Shown here piece after piece: positions 9,363 to 19,926 of a stretch of DNA of 64,000 nt. This DNA is from an uncultured bacterium (GTDB taxonomy: Bacteria; Acidobacteriota; Thermoanaerobaculia; Multivoradales; JAHZIX01): NCBI GenBank assembly GCA_965368975.1, contig CBDUPA010000005.1, forward strand, positions 64,001-128,000, written 5' to 3'. Under the pieces are notes generated by a model. It was given only the letters and a program-made list of their open reading frames with translations. It had not been told where the DNA came from and made no database searches. Numbering within the stretch: position 1 is the stretch's first letter; each line of letters opens with the position of its first letter. Position numbers and translations under genes: made by a program.

Positions 9363-11653
9363 CGCGCTGGGAACGTCTGAAGCAGGTTCTGGGTGCGGTG
9401 CTCGAGCTGCCGGCCGACGAGCGGCGCGCTTTCCTCGACGCTCACTGCAATGCTGAGCTGCGGCACGAGGTCGAAGCGATTCTCGATGCTCACCAGGACG
9501 AGGGCTTTCTGGAACAGCCGGTGATCGGCGATGACAGCCTGCTGCCGGCCGAGCGTGTCGGGCCGTACCGACTGCTGGGGCGTTTGGGTTCCGGCGGCAT
9601 GGGAGATGTCTTCTTGGCCGAGCAGGAAGAGCCCATCCGGCGCCGAGTGGCACTCAAGCTGATGCGTCCCGGTGCCTTCGGCGGAGCCGCCGCCGCGCGC
9701 TTCGAAATCGAGCGCCAAGCGCTGGCACGCATGCAGCATCCCAATATCGCGCGGGTGTTTGACGCTGGCGCCGTCGAGATCGACTCGATCTTGGGTGGCC
9801 CAACCGACCGCCGTTCCTTCTTCGTCATGGAGTTGATCAGTGGCCGTGCGATCACCCGCTATTGTGACGACGAAGCGCTCAGCCTGGAGCAGCGCCTGGA
9901 GCTCTTCGTCCAGGTTTGCCGGGGCGTCCAGCACGCCCACCAGAGAGGGATCATTCACCGCGACCTCAAGCCGTCGAACGTTCTGGTCCTTGAGGAAGAC
10001 GGCCGTCCGGTACCCAAGATCATTGACTTCGGCGTCGCCAAGGCCGTCGAGACCGTGGAGGCCGGAGCCTCCGCGCAGGGCCTCACTGCTGCCGGAGCCC
10101 TGACCGATAGCGGGGCTCTGACCGGCGCGGGGCAGTGGATCGGCACACCCGAGTATATGAGTCCGGAGCAAGCCGACGCCGGCGGCAGTGCGGTGGATAC
10201 GCGCGCTGACGTCTATGCGCTGGGCGCGTTGCTCTACGAGTTGCTGACTGGGTGGCAGCCCTTCGATCCCGAAGAGCTGCGCGGTGGCGATCTGCGGCAT
10301 CTTCGTGAAGTGCTGCGCACGCATGAGCCTGTGGCGCCGAGCCGGCGCGTCGATCCCGGCAGCGAGCGCGCGCGGCGGTTGCGCGGTGATCTCGACGCCA
10401 TTGTGTCAAAGGCTTTGGAGAAAGAGCCGGAGCGCCGCTTCGCCTCAGTGGTCGAGCTGGCGGCCGACATCCAGCGCCACCTGCATCACGAAGTGGTCAG
10501 CGCCGTACAACCGAGCCGCGGGTACCGGCTGAGCAAGTTCGTGCGTCGGCACAGGACCGGTGTGGCGACGGCGGTGGCAGTGGTGCTAGCTCTTGGGTTC
10601 GGGCTGGCAGCAGCGATGGTCGGCATGGTACGAACGCGAGATGCAGAAGCTGAGGCGCTGGTTCAAGCTGCGCTGGCAGAAGAGAAGGCGGCAACGGCCG
10701 AGCAGGTCACGCTCTTTCTTTTCGACTTGTTCGAAGCCGCCAATCCGTCGCGGGCACCCCGGCCGGAACTCACCTTGCGCGAGGTTCTGGACCGCGGAGC
10801 AGAGCGTGTGCGGGTGAAGTTGGCCGATCAGCCGGAAGCGCGCGGGCAGTTGCTGTTCACCATTGGCCGTTCTTACAAGGAGCTGGGTCTGTTCGATCAG
10901 GCGCGCGAGATGCTCGAAGAGTCTGTGGCGGTTCGGCGTGGTTGTTTCGGCGACGATCACCTGATGGTTGCCGAGAGCCTGCATGTTCTGAGTGCCGTGT
11001 ACATCGACCTGGCGCTCTTCGAGACTGCCCGCTCGACAGCGCGTGAGGCGTTGGAGATCCGCAGGCGTCACCTCGGCTCAGAGCATCTCCATATCGCTGG
11101 CACCCTGAACAACCTGGCGGTGATCCACAAGCGCCTGGGAGATCTCACCGAAGCGCGGCAAGACCTTGAACGCGCACTGACGATCTACGAAAGCCAGGGT
11201 GCCTCGGCGGCGCAGCGCGCCCAGGCGCTTGACAATCTCGGTCTCTTGCTGGCTGAGTCAGGGCAGCCGGCCCTGGCACGCCCTCATTTGCAGCGCGCTC
11301 TGGCCCTGCTTGAAGCCGAGTTCGGAGTCGACAGTGGCAGACTGTCCGGAACGCTCAACAATCTGGCACTGGTCGCGGCGGAGCTGGGTGACCATGCTGC
11401 CGCTCGGGACGAGTGGCGGCGGGTGCTCGACATCGACCGTCGAACCTACGGCGACGAGCATCCCTATATCGCCTTCGGCCACTTCAATCTGGGCAAGTTG
11501 GCCGAGGAAATGGGCCAGTGCGAGATCGCCGAGGAGCACCTACGTGCCGCCGTCGAGATTCTGCGTCAGCGCCTCCCTTCGGAGCACCCGAGGCTGCGTG
11601 AGGCCACAGACTACCTCGCATCCCTCTCAGCAGGCTGTGAGGCCGGATTTTGA
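9359..11653 (+). CDS. Ser/Thr protein kinase with TM segment and TPR repeats
   Basis: GTGA overlap with sigma gene; LGSGGMGDV, VALK, HRDLKPSN, DFG, GTPEYMSPEQ; TM helix then TLNNLA-type TPRs. Confidence 0.93.
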   Translation: MTRWERLKQVLGAVLELPADERRAFLDAHCNAELRHEVEAILDAHQDEGFLEQPVIGDDSLLPAERVGPYRLLGRLGSGGMGDVFLAEQEEPIRRRVALKLMRPGAFGGAAAARFEIERQALARMQHPNIARVFDAGAVEIDSILGGPTDRRSFFVMELISGRAITRYCDDEALSLEQRLELFVQVCRGVQHAHQRGIIHRDLKPSNVLVLEEDGRPVPKIIDFGVAKAVETVEAGASAQGLTAAGALTDSGALTGAGQWIGTPEYMSPEQADAGGSAVDTRADVYALGALLYELLTGWQPFDPEELRGGDLRHLREVLRTHEPVAPSRRVDPGSERARRLRGDLDAIVSKALEKEPERRFASVVELAADIQRHLHHEVVSAVQPSRGYRLSKFVRRHRTGVATAVAVVLALGFGLAAAMVGMVRTRDAEAEALVQAALAEEKAATAEQVTLFLFDLFEAANPSRAPRPELTLREVLDRGAERVRVKLADQPEARGQLLFTIGRSYKELGLFDQAREMLEESVAVRRGCFGDDHLMVAESLHVLSAVYIDLALFETARSTAREALEIRRRHLGSEHLHIAGTLNNLAVIHKRLGDLTEARQDLERALTIYESQGASAAQRAQALDNLGLLLAESGQPALARPHLQRALALLEAEFGVDSGRLSGTLNNLALVAAELGDHAAARDEWRRVLDIDRRTYGDEHPYIAFGHFNLGKLAEEMGQCEIAEEHLRAAVEILRQRLPSEHPRLREATDYLASLSAGCEAGF

Positions 11654-11789
11654 CTGGGCGCTAAGACAGAATCTCACAAGCCCTGAGCCTGTCTTGCAGT
11701 GTGTTGCGCGATGAGGTGATGAGAGTCCTCTGGCCAGTCCTACGTCGTGCTGGCTGGAGTCTCGAAACTCGAAACCAGAGGAGGAGACT

Positions 11790-12119
11790 ATGTTCCAGTC
11801 CATCCGTGTATCGTCTGGCTTGATGGCACTGCTCGTTCTGCTAGTCGCGTTTCCGGCCTTCGCAGATCAGCGCGCTGATGTCGAAGCCGTGCCCGAGGTG
11901 GAGCAGGAGGCTGTACCCATGAGCAGTGAGGCGAGTAGTGCTCTTGCTATCGACGGCGAGCGAGAGGCGAGTCCCCTGGCCTTTCTGCTGCCGGTTCCAC
12001 CTCCATACTGCTACGAAGGCCAACCTTGTCAGAGTCGCTACGACTGTGGCCACCAACACCCGTTCAGCCCTGACATTTCCTACGGTTCCTGCCAGTGGTG
12101 GGGCTGCATCTGCCCATGA
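11790..12119 (+). CDS. Secreted small protein with acidic pro-region and C-terminal 6-Cys domain
   Basis: GAGGAGGAG RBS; signal peptide ending AFA; C-x5-C-x5-C-x14-C-x4-C-x-C at C-terminus. Confidence 0.8.
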   Translation: MFQSIRVSSGLMALLVLLVAFPAFADQRADVEAVPEVEQEAVPMSSEASSALAIDGEREASPLAFLLPVPPPYCYEGQPCQSRYDCGHQHPFSPDISYGSCQWWGCICP

Positions 12120-12137
12120 GTTCAGCTGTGGAGTAGT

Positions 12138-13613
12138 TCAGCGAGCGGTGTGCAGGTGCGCGATGGAGTTCGCGTAGTACTTCAACACCGGTAGCTGTTC
12201 CGGGACGGCGGCATACAAGCCGTCGTCCCGTTCTTGCGCCAGGCGTCGCAGCAGCAGCATGCGCAAACCTACGGTGATCGCGTAGTCGCCGTCCTGGCGC
12301 GGGACGTAGACGTGCGCTCCGCTGGACTCGAACGCCTCGATCCGTTCCTGCACCCGTGCCTTGAGCTCCAACTCGGAAACGCCGCTGCAGTTCGCCTCCA
12401 ACAGGACATCGGCTACCAGTGCCACCGGCAGCACCGGAATCACGTCGCCAACCGAGGCCATCAAGTGGCGGCCCAGGTTCTCGATATGGGCGAAGTAGGG
12501 TTCCTGCTCCAGGTCCGCGAAGCCGTCGAGTTCGTGTTCGGCGAGCCAGCCGCGCATGGAGATCGGGCGCCCGAAATTGACGCAGGCGTAGCCGTAGCGA
12601 TACCAGCGCCGCGTCAGCATGCGCCATACCTGACCGCCGAAGAAGCGCAAAGTCGTCCAGGCCGCCGAGACCCCCGTCTTGCGTTCGACACCTTCCTGGC
12701 CCGCCCGCTCTTGGTTCAGCGGTGCGACATCACCCGCATCCGGGGGCGGGGCGGCGTCGAGCAAGAGCGTACGGTCCTCCAGCACACGGTCGTAGTTCAA
12801 GCCCACGGGGACGAAAACAATATCGCGCTCGCCGCCACGGTCAAATTCACGCAGCATGTAGCCGAGCAAGCCCAACTTCGCTGGCTGTAGTCGACCATCT
12901 CGCGACAGCCCACCCTCCGGGTAAATCGCTTGCGTCACGCCGTTGGCACTCGCCATCTGCACGTAGCGCTGCAGCACCCGCCGGTACAGCGCGTTGCGCG
13001 AGCGTCGACGCACGAAGTACGCACCCATCGCGCGGATCAAGGTCTCCAGCGGCCAGATGCGCGCCCATTCGCCGACCGCGTACGACAACGCCGAGCGAGC
13101 CGCCACCATGTACGACACCAGCACGTAGTCCATGTTCGAGCGGTGGTTCATCACGAACACCACCGTCGCATCCTGCGGTACCTGTTCCAGTGCTTCCTCG
13201 TCGATCGAGCCCAGCCGTACCCGGTACATCAAGCGTGCAGCCCAGCGAGCCAGCCAGTAGCCCAGCCGGAAATAGACATAGGCGTTGAATGCCGGCACGA
13301 TTTCTTCCGCGTAGCGCCGCACCTTGCCCATCACCACCTCGCGCGGCATTCCCTCCGCGCGCGCGAACTCGTCGACTGCTTCGAGCACTTGCGGATCGTA
13401 GATCAGCCGATCCAGCAGCACCTGCCGCTTGGTCAGCTTGAAGGGCTGCAGCCGGATGCGCAGGCGCGAGTTCAGCTCGTCGATCACCCGGTTCACCCGC
13501 CTGCGCAGGAACCAGCGGACCGAGGGGACGAGCAAGCGGTAGATCAGCGCCCAGCCGGCAAAGACCACCAGCAGCGCCACCAGCCACAGGGGCAGGGTGA
13601 TGGGTTGGGACAT
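12138..13613 (-). CDS. Glycerol-3-phosphate acyltransferase-like protein (PlsB/LPLAT family)
   Basis: NHRSNMD (HX4D), GAYFVRR, YPEGG motifs; N-terminal TM. Confidence 0.85.
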   Translation of the reverse strand: MSQPITLPLWLVALLVVFAGWALIYRLLVPSVRWFLRRRVNRVIDELNSRLRIRLQPFKLTKRQVLLDRLIYDPQVLEAVDEFARAEGMPREVVMGKVRRYAEEIVPAFNAYVYFRLGYWLARWAARLMYRVRLGSIDEEALEQVPQDATVVFVMNHRSNMDYVLVSYMVAARSALSYAVGEWARIWPLETLIRAMGAYFVRRRSRNALYRRVLQRYVQMASANGVTQAIYPEGGLSRDGRLQPAKLGLLGYMLREFDRGGERDIVFVPVGLNYDRVLEDRTLLLDAAPPPDAGDVAPLNQERAGQEGVERKTGVSAAWTTLRFFGGQVWRMLTRRWYRYGYACVNFGRPISMRGWLAEHELDGFADLEQEPYFAHIENLGRHLMASVGDVIPVLPVALVADVLLEANCSGVSELELKARVQERIEAFESSGAHVYVPRQDGDYAITVGLRMLLLRRLAQERDDGLYAAVPEQLPVLKYYANSIAHLHTAR

Positions 13614-13679
13614 GGTCGCCTATTGTGGCACAGGCACGCGACTGAGGAAGGGGCGTCGTGTGGGCGCTATACTTGTGCC

Positions 13680-13922
13680 ATGAACATGGACAAGGACACG
13701 CGCCAAGGGCTGCTCGAGGGTTTTGCGTCGAAGCTGCGCTTCCCACAGCTCTTCTTCTTCACCGCCATCATCTTTGGCATCGATCTCTTCGTGCCCGACG
13801 TCATTCCCTTCGCCGACGAGATCCTGCTCGGCCTGATGACGGTGCTACTGGCCAACCTCAAGAAGAAGGATAGTCAGCAGGAAGAGCGGCCGATGAAGAA
13901 CGTGACGCCGCCGACGGACTGA
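13680..13922 (+). CDS. Small membrane protein (DUF6116-like)
   Basis: LRFPQLF...DLFVPDVIPFADEILLGL pattern; real gene is the C-terminal part of ORF 12930..13922. Confidence 0.7.
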   Translation: MNMDKDTRQGLLEGFASKLRFPQLFFFTAIIFGIDLFVPDVIPFADEILLGLMTVLLANLKKKDSQQEERPMKNVTPPTD

Positions 13923-13943
13923 CGGCGTCTCCCCCCACCTGCC

Positions 13944-15332
13944 TCAGATGTGAATCGCCCGGCCGTCGACCGCCAGCGCCGCTTCCTTGACGATCTCGGC
14001 GAGCGTCGGGTGGGCATGGGTGGAGCGGGCGATGTCTTCGGCGCTGGCGCTGAACTCGATGGCGACGGCGAGTTCGGCGATCAGGTCGCCGGCGTTGGCG
14101 CCGAGGATGTGAGCCCCGAGGAGACGGTCGGTGTCTTTGTGCGCCAGGAGCTTGACTTGACCTTCGGTGGCGCCGATGGCGCGGGCACGGCCGTTGGCCA
14201 TGTAGGGGAAGGTGCCCTTGGTGTAGGGGATGCCGGCGTCTTGGAGTTCTTCTTCGGTCTTGCCGGCGCAGGCGATCTCGGGGTAGGTGTAGACGACGCT
14301 GGGGATGGCGTCGTAGTTGACGTGGCCGTGGCCCTTGACGATGCCTTCGACGCAGGCGATGCCTTCGTCTTCGGCTTTGTGGGCGAGCATCGGGCCGGGA
14401 ATGACGTCGCCGATGGCGTAGTGGTTCTCGACGTTGGTGCGGAAGTGCTGGTCGACTTCGATGACGCCGCGGTCGGTGGTCGAGATGCCGGCTTTGTCGA
14501 GATCGAGGCCATCGGTGTTGGGTTTGCGACCGACGGCGACCAGGACGCGGTCGCACTCGATGGGATCGTTGCCCTCTGATTCGACGATGCACTTGTTCTT
14601 ATCGACCTTGGTACCCGTCACCTTGACGCCGAGCTTGAAGTCCATGCCCTGCTTCGTGAAGATCTTTTGCGCGCTCTTGGCCAGCTCGGCGTCCATGCCG
14701 GGCAGGATGCGGTCGAGGTATTCGAGCACGGTGACCTTGGCGCCCAGACGGTTCCACACGGAGCCGAGTTCGAGGCCGATGACGCCGGCGCCGATGACCA
14801 CCAGGTGACCGGGAACCTCGGGGTAGGAGAGGGCGGTGGTGGAGTCGCCGATGCGGTCGTCGTCGAACTCGATGCCGGGCAGGCCGGTGACCTTGGAGCC
14901 GGTGGCGACGATGACCTTGCCGGCCTCGATCGTGAGCTCATCCTTTCCGTCGACGCTCACCACGCCGGGGCCGTCGAAGCGCGCGTGCCCCTCGTAGCGT
15001 GTGATCTTGTTGCCCTTGAACAAGCCGGCCACACCCTTGGTCAGCAGGGTGACGGTCTTGTCCTTGTGCTTCATCATGCGAGCCAGGTCGAGCTCGACGC
15101 CGCTGACGCCGATGCCGAACTTCTTCAGCTCGTGCTGGGCTTCGTGGTACTTGTGGCTGGCTTCGAGCAGGGCTTTGGACGGGATGCATCCGACGCGCAG
15201 GCAGGTGCCGCCGAGGGCGCTTTCTTTCTCGACGCAGGCGACGTCGAGGCCCAGTTGAGCGGCGCGGATGGCGGCGACATAGCCGCCCGGGCCGGCGCCG
15301 AGGACCAGCAGATCGTGCTTGGCTTGTTTCAT
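13944..15332 (-). CDS. lpdA: Dihydrolipoamide dehydrogenase (E3)
   Basis: GAGPGGY, GGTCLRVGCIPSK, HAHPTLAE motifs. Confidence 0.97.
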   Translation of the reverse strand: MKQAKHDLLVLGAGPGGYVAAIRAAQLGLDVACVEKESALGGTCLRVGCIPSKALLEASHKYHEAQHELKKFGIGVSGVELDLARMMKHKDKTVTLLTKGVAGLFKGNKITRYEGHARFDGPGVVSVDGKDELTIEAGKVIVATGSKVTGLPGIEFDDDRIGDSTTALSYPEVPGHLVVIGAGVIGLELGSVWNRLGAKVTVLEYLDRILPGMDAELAKSAQKIFTKQGMDFKLGVKVTGTKVDKNKCIVESEGNDPIECDRVLVAVGRKPNTDGLDLDKAGISTTDRGVIEVDQHFRTNVENHYAIGDVIPGPMLAHKAEDEGIACVEGIVKGHGHVNYDAIPSVVYTYPEIACAGKTEEELQDAGIPYTKGTFPYMANGRARAIGATEGQVKLLAHKDTDRLLGAHILGANAGDLIAELAVAIEFSASAEDIARSTHAHPTLAEIVKEAALAVDGRAIHI

Positions 15333-15342
15333 GATGTCTCTC

Positions 15343-16599
15343 TTAGGCTTCGATCAGCATGCGGGCCGGATCTTCGATGCAGTCCTTGACGCGCACCAGG
15401 AAGGTGACGGCTTCGCGGCCGTCGACCAGGCGGTGGTCGTAGGTGAGGGCGACGTACATGATCGGGCGGATGACGACTTCACCGTCGATGGCGACCGGGC
15501 GCTGCTGGATGTTGTGCATGCCCAGGATGCCGCTTTGCGGCGGGTTGACGATCGGCGTCGACAGCATGGAGCCGTAAATGCCGCCGTTGCTGATGGTGAA
15601 GGTACCGCCCTGCAACTCGTCGGCAGTCAGGCTGCCGTCCTTGGCCTTGCCGGCCAGTTCGCCGATGGTCTGCTCGACCCCGGCGAAGCTGAGACGCTCG
15701 GCGTTGCGAATCACCGGCACCACCAGGCCTTGACCGCCGCCTACCGCGACGCCGATGTCGTAGTAGTTGTGGTAAAGGATCTTGCCGTCGTCGATGCGCG
15801 CATTCAGCGCGGGGATCTCTTTCAGGCCTTCGATCACCGCCTTGACGAAGAAGCTCATGAAGCCGAGCTTGATGCCGTGCTTCTTGACGAAGGCGTCCTG
15901 GTGCTGCTTGCGCAGGTTCATGACGGCCGACATGTCGACTTCGTTGAAGGTGGTGAGCAGCGCGGAGGTCTGCTGCGATTCGACCAGGCGCTCGGCGATG
16001 CGTCGACGCAGGGTCGTCATGCGCACGGCCTTTTGCTCGCGCGCGCCGCCAGGGGACGCCACGGCCGGCGATGCCGCGGCAGGCGATGCTGAGGGTGCCG
16101 CTTGCGGAGCTGTCTTCTGCTGTGCTGTCTTCTGCAGCGTCAAGTGACGTTGCACGTCTTCCTTCAGCAGACGGCCACCAGGGCCACTGGCTTCGACGTC
16201 GGCGGCGTCGAGGCCGGCCTCGTCGAGCAGGCGGCGTGCGGCGGGCATGACGCGCTCGTCGCTGGCTGTCTCGCCACCCTTGGCTTTGTCGCCGTCTTGG
16301 TCCTTCTCGGTGCTGGCCTTCTTCTGGTTGGCGCTGGCGCTATCTCCGGCAGTAGCGACTTCCCCCTCTTCCATCTTGCCAATGACCTCGCCGACCTCGG
16401 CTTCTTCGCCCTCTTGCTTGAGGATCTCGATCAGTGTGCCGGACACCGGCGCGGGCAGCTCGGTGGTGACCTTGTCGGTCTCGATAATGACGATCGTATC
16501 GTCGGCCTTGACCGATCCGCCGGGCTGGACTTGCCACTCGCCGATCACGACTTCGGTGATGGATTCACCCACGGAGGGGACTTTGAGTTCGATGGCCAT
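15343..16599 (-). CDS. sucB: Dihydrolipoyllysine succinyltransferase (E2o)
   Basis: Lipoyl IETDKV, E3-binding GSGPGGR-like segment, TYDHRLVDG; between sucA and lpdA. Confidence 0.96.
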   Translation of the reverse strand: MAIELKVPSVGESITEVVIGEWQVQPGGSVKADDTIVIIETDKVTTELPAPVSGTLIEILKQEGEEAEVGEVIGKMEEGEVATAGDSASANQKKASTEKDQDGDKAKGGETASDERVMPAARRLLDEAGLDAADVEASGPGGRLLKEDVQRHLTLQKTAQQKTAPQAAPSASPAAASPAVASPGGAREQKAVRMTTLRRRIAERLVESQQTSALLTTFNEVDMSAVMNLRKQHQDAFVKKHGIKLGFMSFFVKAVIEGLKEIPALNARIDDGKILYHNYYDIGVAVGGGQGLVVPVIRNAERLSFAGVEQTIGELAGKAKDGSLTADELQGGTFTISNGGIYGSMLSTPIVNPPQSGILGMHNIQQRPVAIDGEVVIRPIMYVALTYDHRLVDGREAVTFLVRVKDCIEDPARMLIEA

Positions 16600-16614
16600 G
16601 CTTTCCTCTCGGGC

Positions 16615-19600
16615 TCAGGCGGCGCGCAGGGCGGCGTCGATGAGTTCTTTCTGTTCTTTGTCGTGGGCGGCTTTAGAACCGGTCGCGGGGCTGGCGGAGG
16701 CGGGGCGGTAGATGCCTTGCAACTGCCTCTTGCCCAGGGCGCCGCCACCTGAGGCGCCACCGGTGAGATGAGCTTGCAGGAAGCGCCAGGCACCCATGTT
16801 CTCGGGCTCTTCTTGGACCCAGACGACGGGCTTGGATTCGGGGTAGACGTCGAGCACCTGGCGCAACTCGCCGGGTCGCAGGGGGTAGTACTGCTCGAGG
16901 CGCAGGATGGCGGTATCGTCGAGGCCGCGTTCAGTGCGGGCGGCGGTGAGGTCGTAGTAGACCTTGCCGCTGCACAGCAAGACCCGCTCGACCTTCTTCG
17001 GGTCGAGGCCGGTAGTGTCGGGCAGGATGCGCTGGAAGCGTCCGTTGGCCAGCTCGTCGAGGCTGGAGATGGCTTCCTTGTGGCGCAACAAGCTCTTGGG
17101 CGACATGACGATCAGCGGCTTGCGCAGGGGCCGGTGCACCTGACGGCGCAGGCAGTGGAAGAGCTGTGCCGGGGTGGTCAGATTCACCACCTGCAGGTTG
17201 TCCTCGGCGCACAGATTGAGGAAGCGCTCCAGGCGTGCGCTCGAGTGCTCGGGGCCTTGTCCTTCGAAGCCGTGTGGCAGCAGCATTGCCAGGCTGTTGA
17301 GCCGGTGCCACTTGTCTTCGCTGCTGGAGATGAACTGGTCGATGATCACCTGCGCGACGTTGACGAAGTCACCGAACTGCGCTTCCCACAGGGTCAAGCC
17401 ATCCGGGAAGTCGAGGCTGTAGCCGTACTCGAAGCCGGTTGGGCCGACTTCGGACAGCGGACTGTCCCAGACCTCGAAGCGTCCGGGCGGGCTGCTGACG
17501 TCGTCGAGGTGCTCGTGCAGGTACTGCAGCGGCAGGTAGAGACCACCGTCTTTCTGGTCGTGCAGCACCGCGTGGCGATGGCTGAAGGTGCCGCGGCCTG
17601 CATCCTGGCCACTCAAGCGCACCTGCTTGCCCTCGGTGAGGAGGGTCGCGAAGGCGAGCGCTTCGCCGGCCGCCCAGTCGAGCGGTCGTGCGCCGGCGGC
17701 CATGTCACGGCGGGCCTGCAGCAGAATGCGGCGCAGGGTCTTGTGGACCTCGAAGCCTTCCGGAACCTCGGTCTGAGCGCGCAGCAAAGCGCTCAGCCGC
17801 TCGGCGTCGACCCCGGTGTCGACATCCTCGACCTCGTGATCGATGTCGCCCTTGTAGGGGGTCCAGACGCCACCGCCGAAGTCGACGTCCGTATGCTCGT
17901 AATCGTCGCGGCGGGCTTCGTCGAGGGCCTTGTCCAGCAGCTCGTGGCGCTCTTTCTCGATGCTGTCGGCTTCTTCGGCGCTGACCTCACCGAGTTGCAG
18001 CAGGCTATCCAGGTAGCCCTCGCGCACCGACTTGCGCTGTGCAATCTTGTCGTACATCTGTGGCTGCGTGAACCATGGCTCGTCGCCTTCGTTGTGGCCG
18101 TAGCGACGGTAGCAGTACATGTCGATAATGACATCGCTGTCGAAGGTGCGGCGGTAGTCCATGGCGATGCGCAGCACCTGCGCCACCGCCTCGGGATGCT
18201 CGCCATTGACGTGGAAGACCGGCGTCTGCAGCATCTTGGCGACATCGGTGGCGTAGTGGCAGGAGCGGCCGCTCTCGGGCGGCGTGGTGAAGCCGACCTG
18301 GTTGTTGACGATGATGTGCAGAGTACCGCCGGTGCGGAAGCCGGGTAGCTTGCTCATGTTGAGCATTTCCTGCACCACGCCCTGGCCGGCGAAGGCGGCG
18401 TCGCCGTGGATCACCAGGCCCATGACGCGCTCGCGTCGGGCGCCGTCGCCGCGGCGGTCCTGTTTGGCGCGCACGCGGCCGAGGACCACGGGACCGACGA
18501 ACTCCAGGTGGCTGGGGTTGAAGCACAACGACAGATGAAGCTGCTTGTCGTTGGAGGTGGTGCGGTCCGAGCTGTAGCCGAGGTGGTACTTGACGTCGCC
18601 GCGGCCAAGGTACTTCTCCGGGTCCACATCCTCGAACTCGCGAAAGATGCGCGCCGCGCTCTTGCCCAGGATGTTGGCCATCACGTTGAGCCGGCCGCGG
18701 TGCGCCATGCCGATCACCACTTCCTCGACGCCGTGTTCGCCGGCTTCGTCGAGTGCTTGGTCGAGCAAGGGGATCAGGGTTTCGGCACCCTCGGCCGAGA
18801 AGCGCTTGGCGCCGCGGAACTTGTTGTGGATGAACTCTTCGAAGATCTGGGCGTCGGTGAGCTTGGTGAGAATGCGCAGTTGCTCGTCACGGCTCAATTT
18901 GCGCCGCTGCTCGGGGTCTTCCAGGCGCTCCTGCAACCAGCGTTTGGGCGCCGGGTCGTCGATGTGCATGTACTGGACGGCGATCGACTTGCAGTAGCTG
19001 GCTTCCAGGCGCTCGCGAATCTCACGTAGGGTGAGGAAGGTGGTGCCCGGGATGGTGGTGCTCGAGAAGACGGTGTCGAGGTCGTCCTCGCTGAGGTCCC
19101 ATTCTTCGAGCCGTAGCTCGGGAATGGTGTTGCGCTCGGGCGGGGGGCTCAGGGGATCGAGGTGGGCGAGCAGGTGGCCACGCACGCGGTAGACGCGGAT
19201 CAGCTGGTCGACGCGGTCTTGCTTGCGGTCGATGTCGCGGATGCGGGTCGACAGGCCGCGTAGCAGGCCGCGGGCCAGTGCCGGACGCTCGTTCAGGCGT
19301 GCCATCAGCACCTTGCCGGGCAGGCGCAGCAGACGGGTCGTGCCGCGGCACACGGCGTTGGCGATGCGCGGCTGCTGCTGCAACACGCCCAGCTCGCCTA
19401 CCATCATGCCGACACCGAGCTCGGCACGCACGCGGCCGTCGACGGTGATCACGACGCTACCGTCCAGCACCACGAACAGCGCTTCGCTCGCGTCGCCCTG
19501 GCGGAACAGCAGGTCACCGGAGGCGTACTCCAGCTCTCTGGCATGCTCGAGCAACTGGCGGATCTCGTCGTCCGGTAGGTCGTGGAAGAGGTCCAGGCTG

Positions 19601-19926
19601 TGCAGCGATGGCAGCAGGTCGCCGGTAATCGGCTCACGGCGTCGGGGTTGCGCCAGTTGGGCCGCCGGGGCCGTCTGGGCTGTCGGAGCTGCACCGGGAG
19701 GATTGAACAAGCTCGTCGCTGCGAACGGGGATCCGAAGCTGAGCTCGGAGGCATTGCCTGTGTCGACACTGCCGCCGCTGCTGCCGGCCGCGTCGTCGGC
19801 ACGCAGGCGCTCGAAGAGAGGGCGCCAGGCGGCGTCGACCGAATCGGGGTCGTCGCGGAAGCGTTGGTAGAGGGATTCGACGAAGGGGAGGTTGTCGCTG
19901 TTGAGCAGCTCGCCAAGTTCTCGCAT
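16615..19926 (-). CDS. sucA: 2-oxoglutarate dehydrogenase E1 with inserted cNMP-binding domain
   Basis: DPDSVDAAW, YRVRGH, GAKRFSAEG, GMAHRGRLN, HGDAAFAGQG, WEAQFGDF, GPEHSSAR motifs; extra CAP-type domain at about 19234..19605. Confidence 0.96.
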   Translation of the reverse strand: MRELGELLNSDNLPFVESLYQRFRDDPDSVDAAWRPLFERLRADDAAGSSGGSVDTGNASELSFGSPFAATSLFNPPGAAPTAQTAPAAQLAQPRRREPITGDLLPSLHSLDLFHDLPDDEIRQLLEHARELEYASGDLLFRQGDASEALFVVLDGSVVITVDGRVRAELGVGMMVGELGVLQQQPRIANAVCRGTTRLLRLPGKVLMARLNERPALARGLLRGLSTRIRDIDRKQDRVDQLIRVYRVRGHLLAHLDPLSPPPERNTIPELRLEEWDLSEDDLDTVFSSTTIPGTTFLTLREIRERLEASYCKSIAVQYMHIDDPAPKRWLQERLEDPEQRRKLSRDEQLRILTKLTDAQIFEEFIHNKFRGAKRFSAEGAETLIPLLDQALDEAGEHGVEEVVIGMAHRGRLNVMANILGKSAARIFREFEDVDPEKYLGRGDVKYHLGYSSDRTTSNDKQLHLSLCFNPSHLEFVGPVVLGRVRAKQDRRGDGARRERVMGLVIHGDAAFAGQGVVQEMLNMSKLPGFRTGGTLHIIVNNQVGFTTPPESGRSCHYATDVAKMLQTPVFHVNGEHPEAVAQVLRIAMDYRRTFDSDVIIDMYCYRRYGHNEGDEPWFTQPQMYDKIAQRKSVREGYLDSLLQLGEVSAEEADSIEKERHELLDKALDEARRDDYEHTDVDFGGGVWTPYKGDIDHEVEDVDTGVDAERLSALLRAQTEVPEGFEVHKTLRRILLQARRDMAAGARPLDWAAGEALAFATLLTEGKQVRLSGQDAGRGTFSHRHAVLHDQKDGGLYLPLQYLHEHLDDVSSPPGRFEVWDSPLSEVGPTGFEYGYSLDFPDGLTLWEAQFGDFVNVAQVIIDQFISSSEDKWHRLNSLAMLLPHGFEGQGPEHSSARLERFLNLCAEDNLQVVNLTTPAQLFHCLRRQVHRPLRKPLIVMSPKSLLRHKEAISSLDELANGRFQRILPDTTGLDPKKVERVLLCSGKVYYDLTAARTERGLDDTAILRLEQYYPLRPGELRQVLDVYPESKPVVWVQEEPENMGAWRFLQAHLTGGASGGGALGKRQLQGIYRPASASPATGSKAAHDKEQKELIDAALRAA

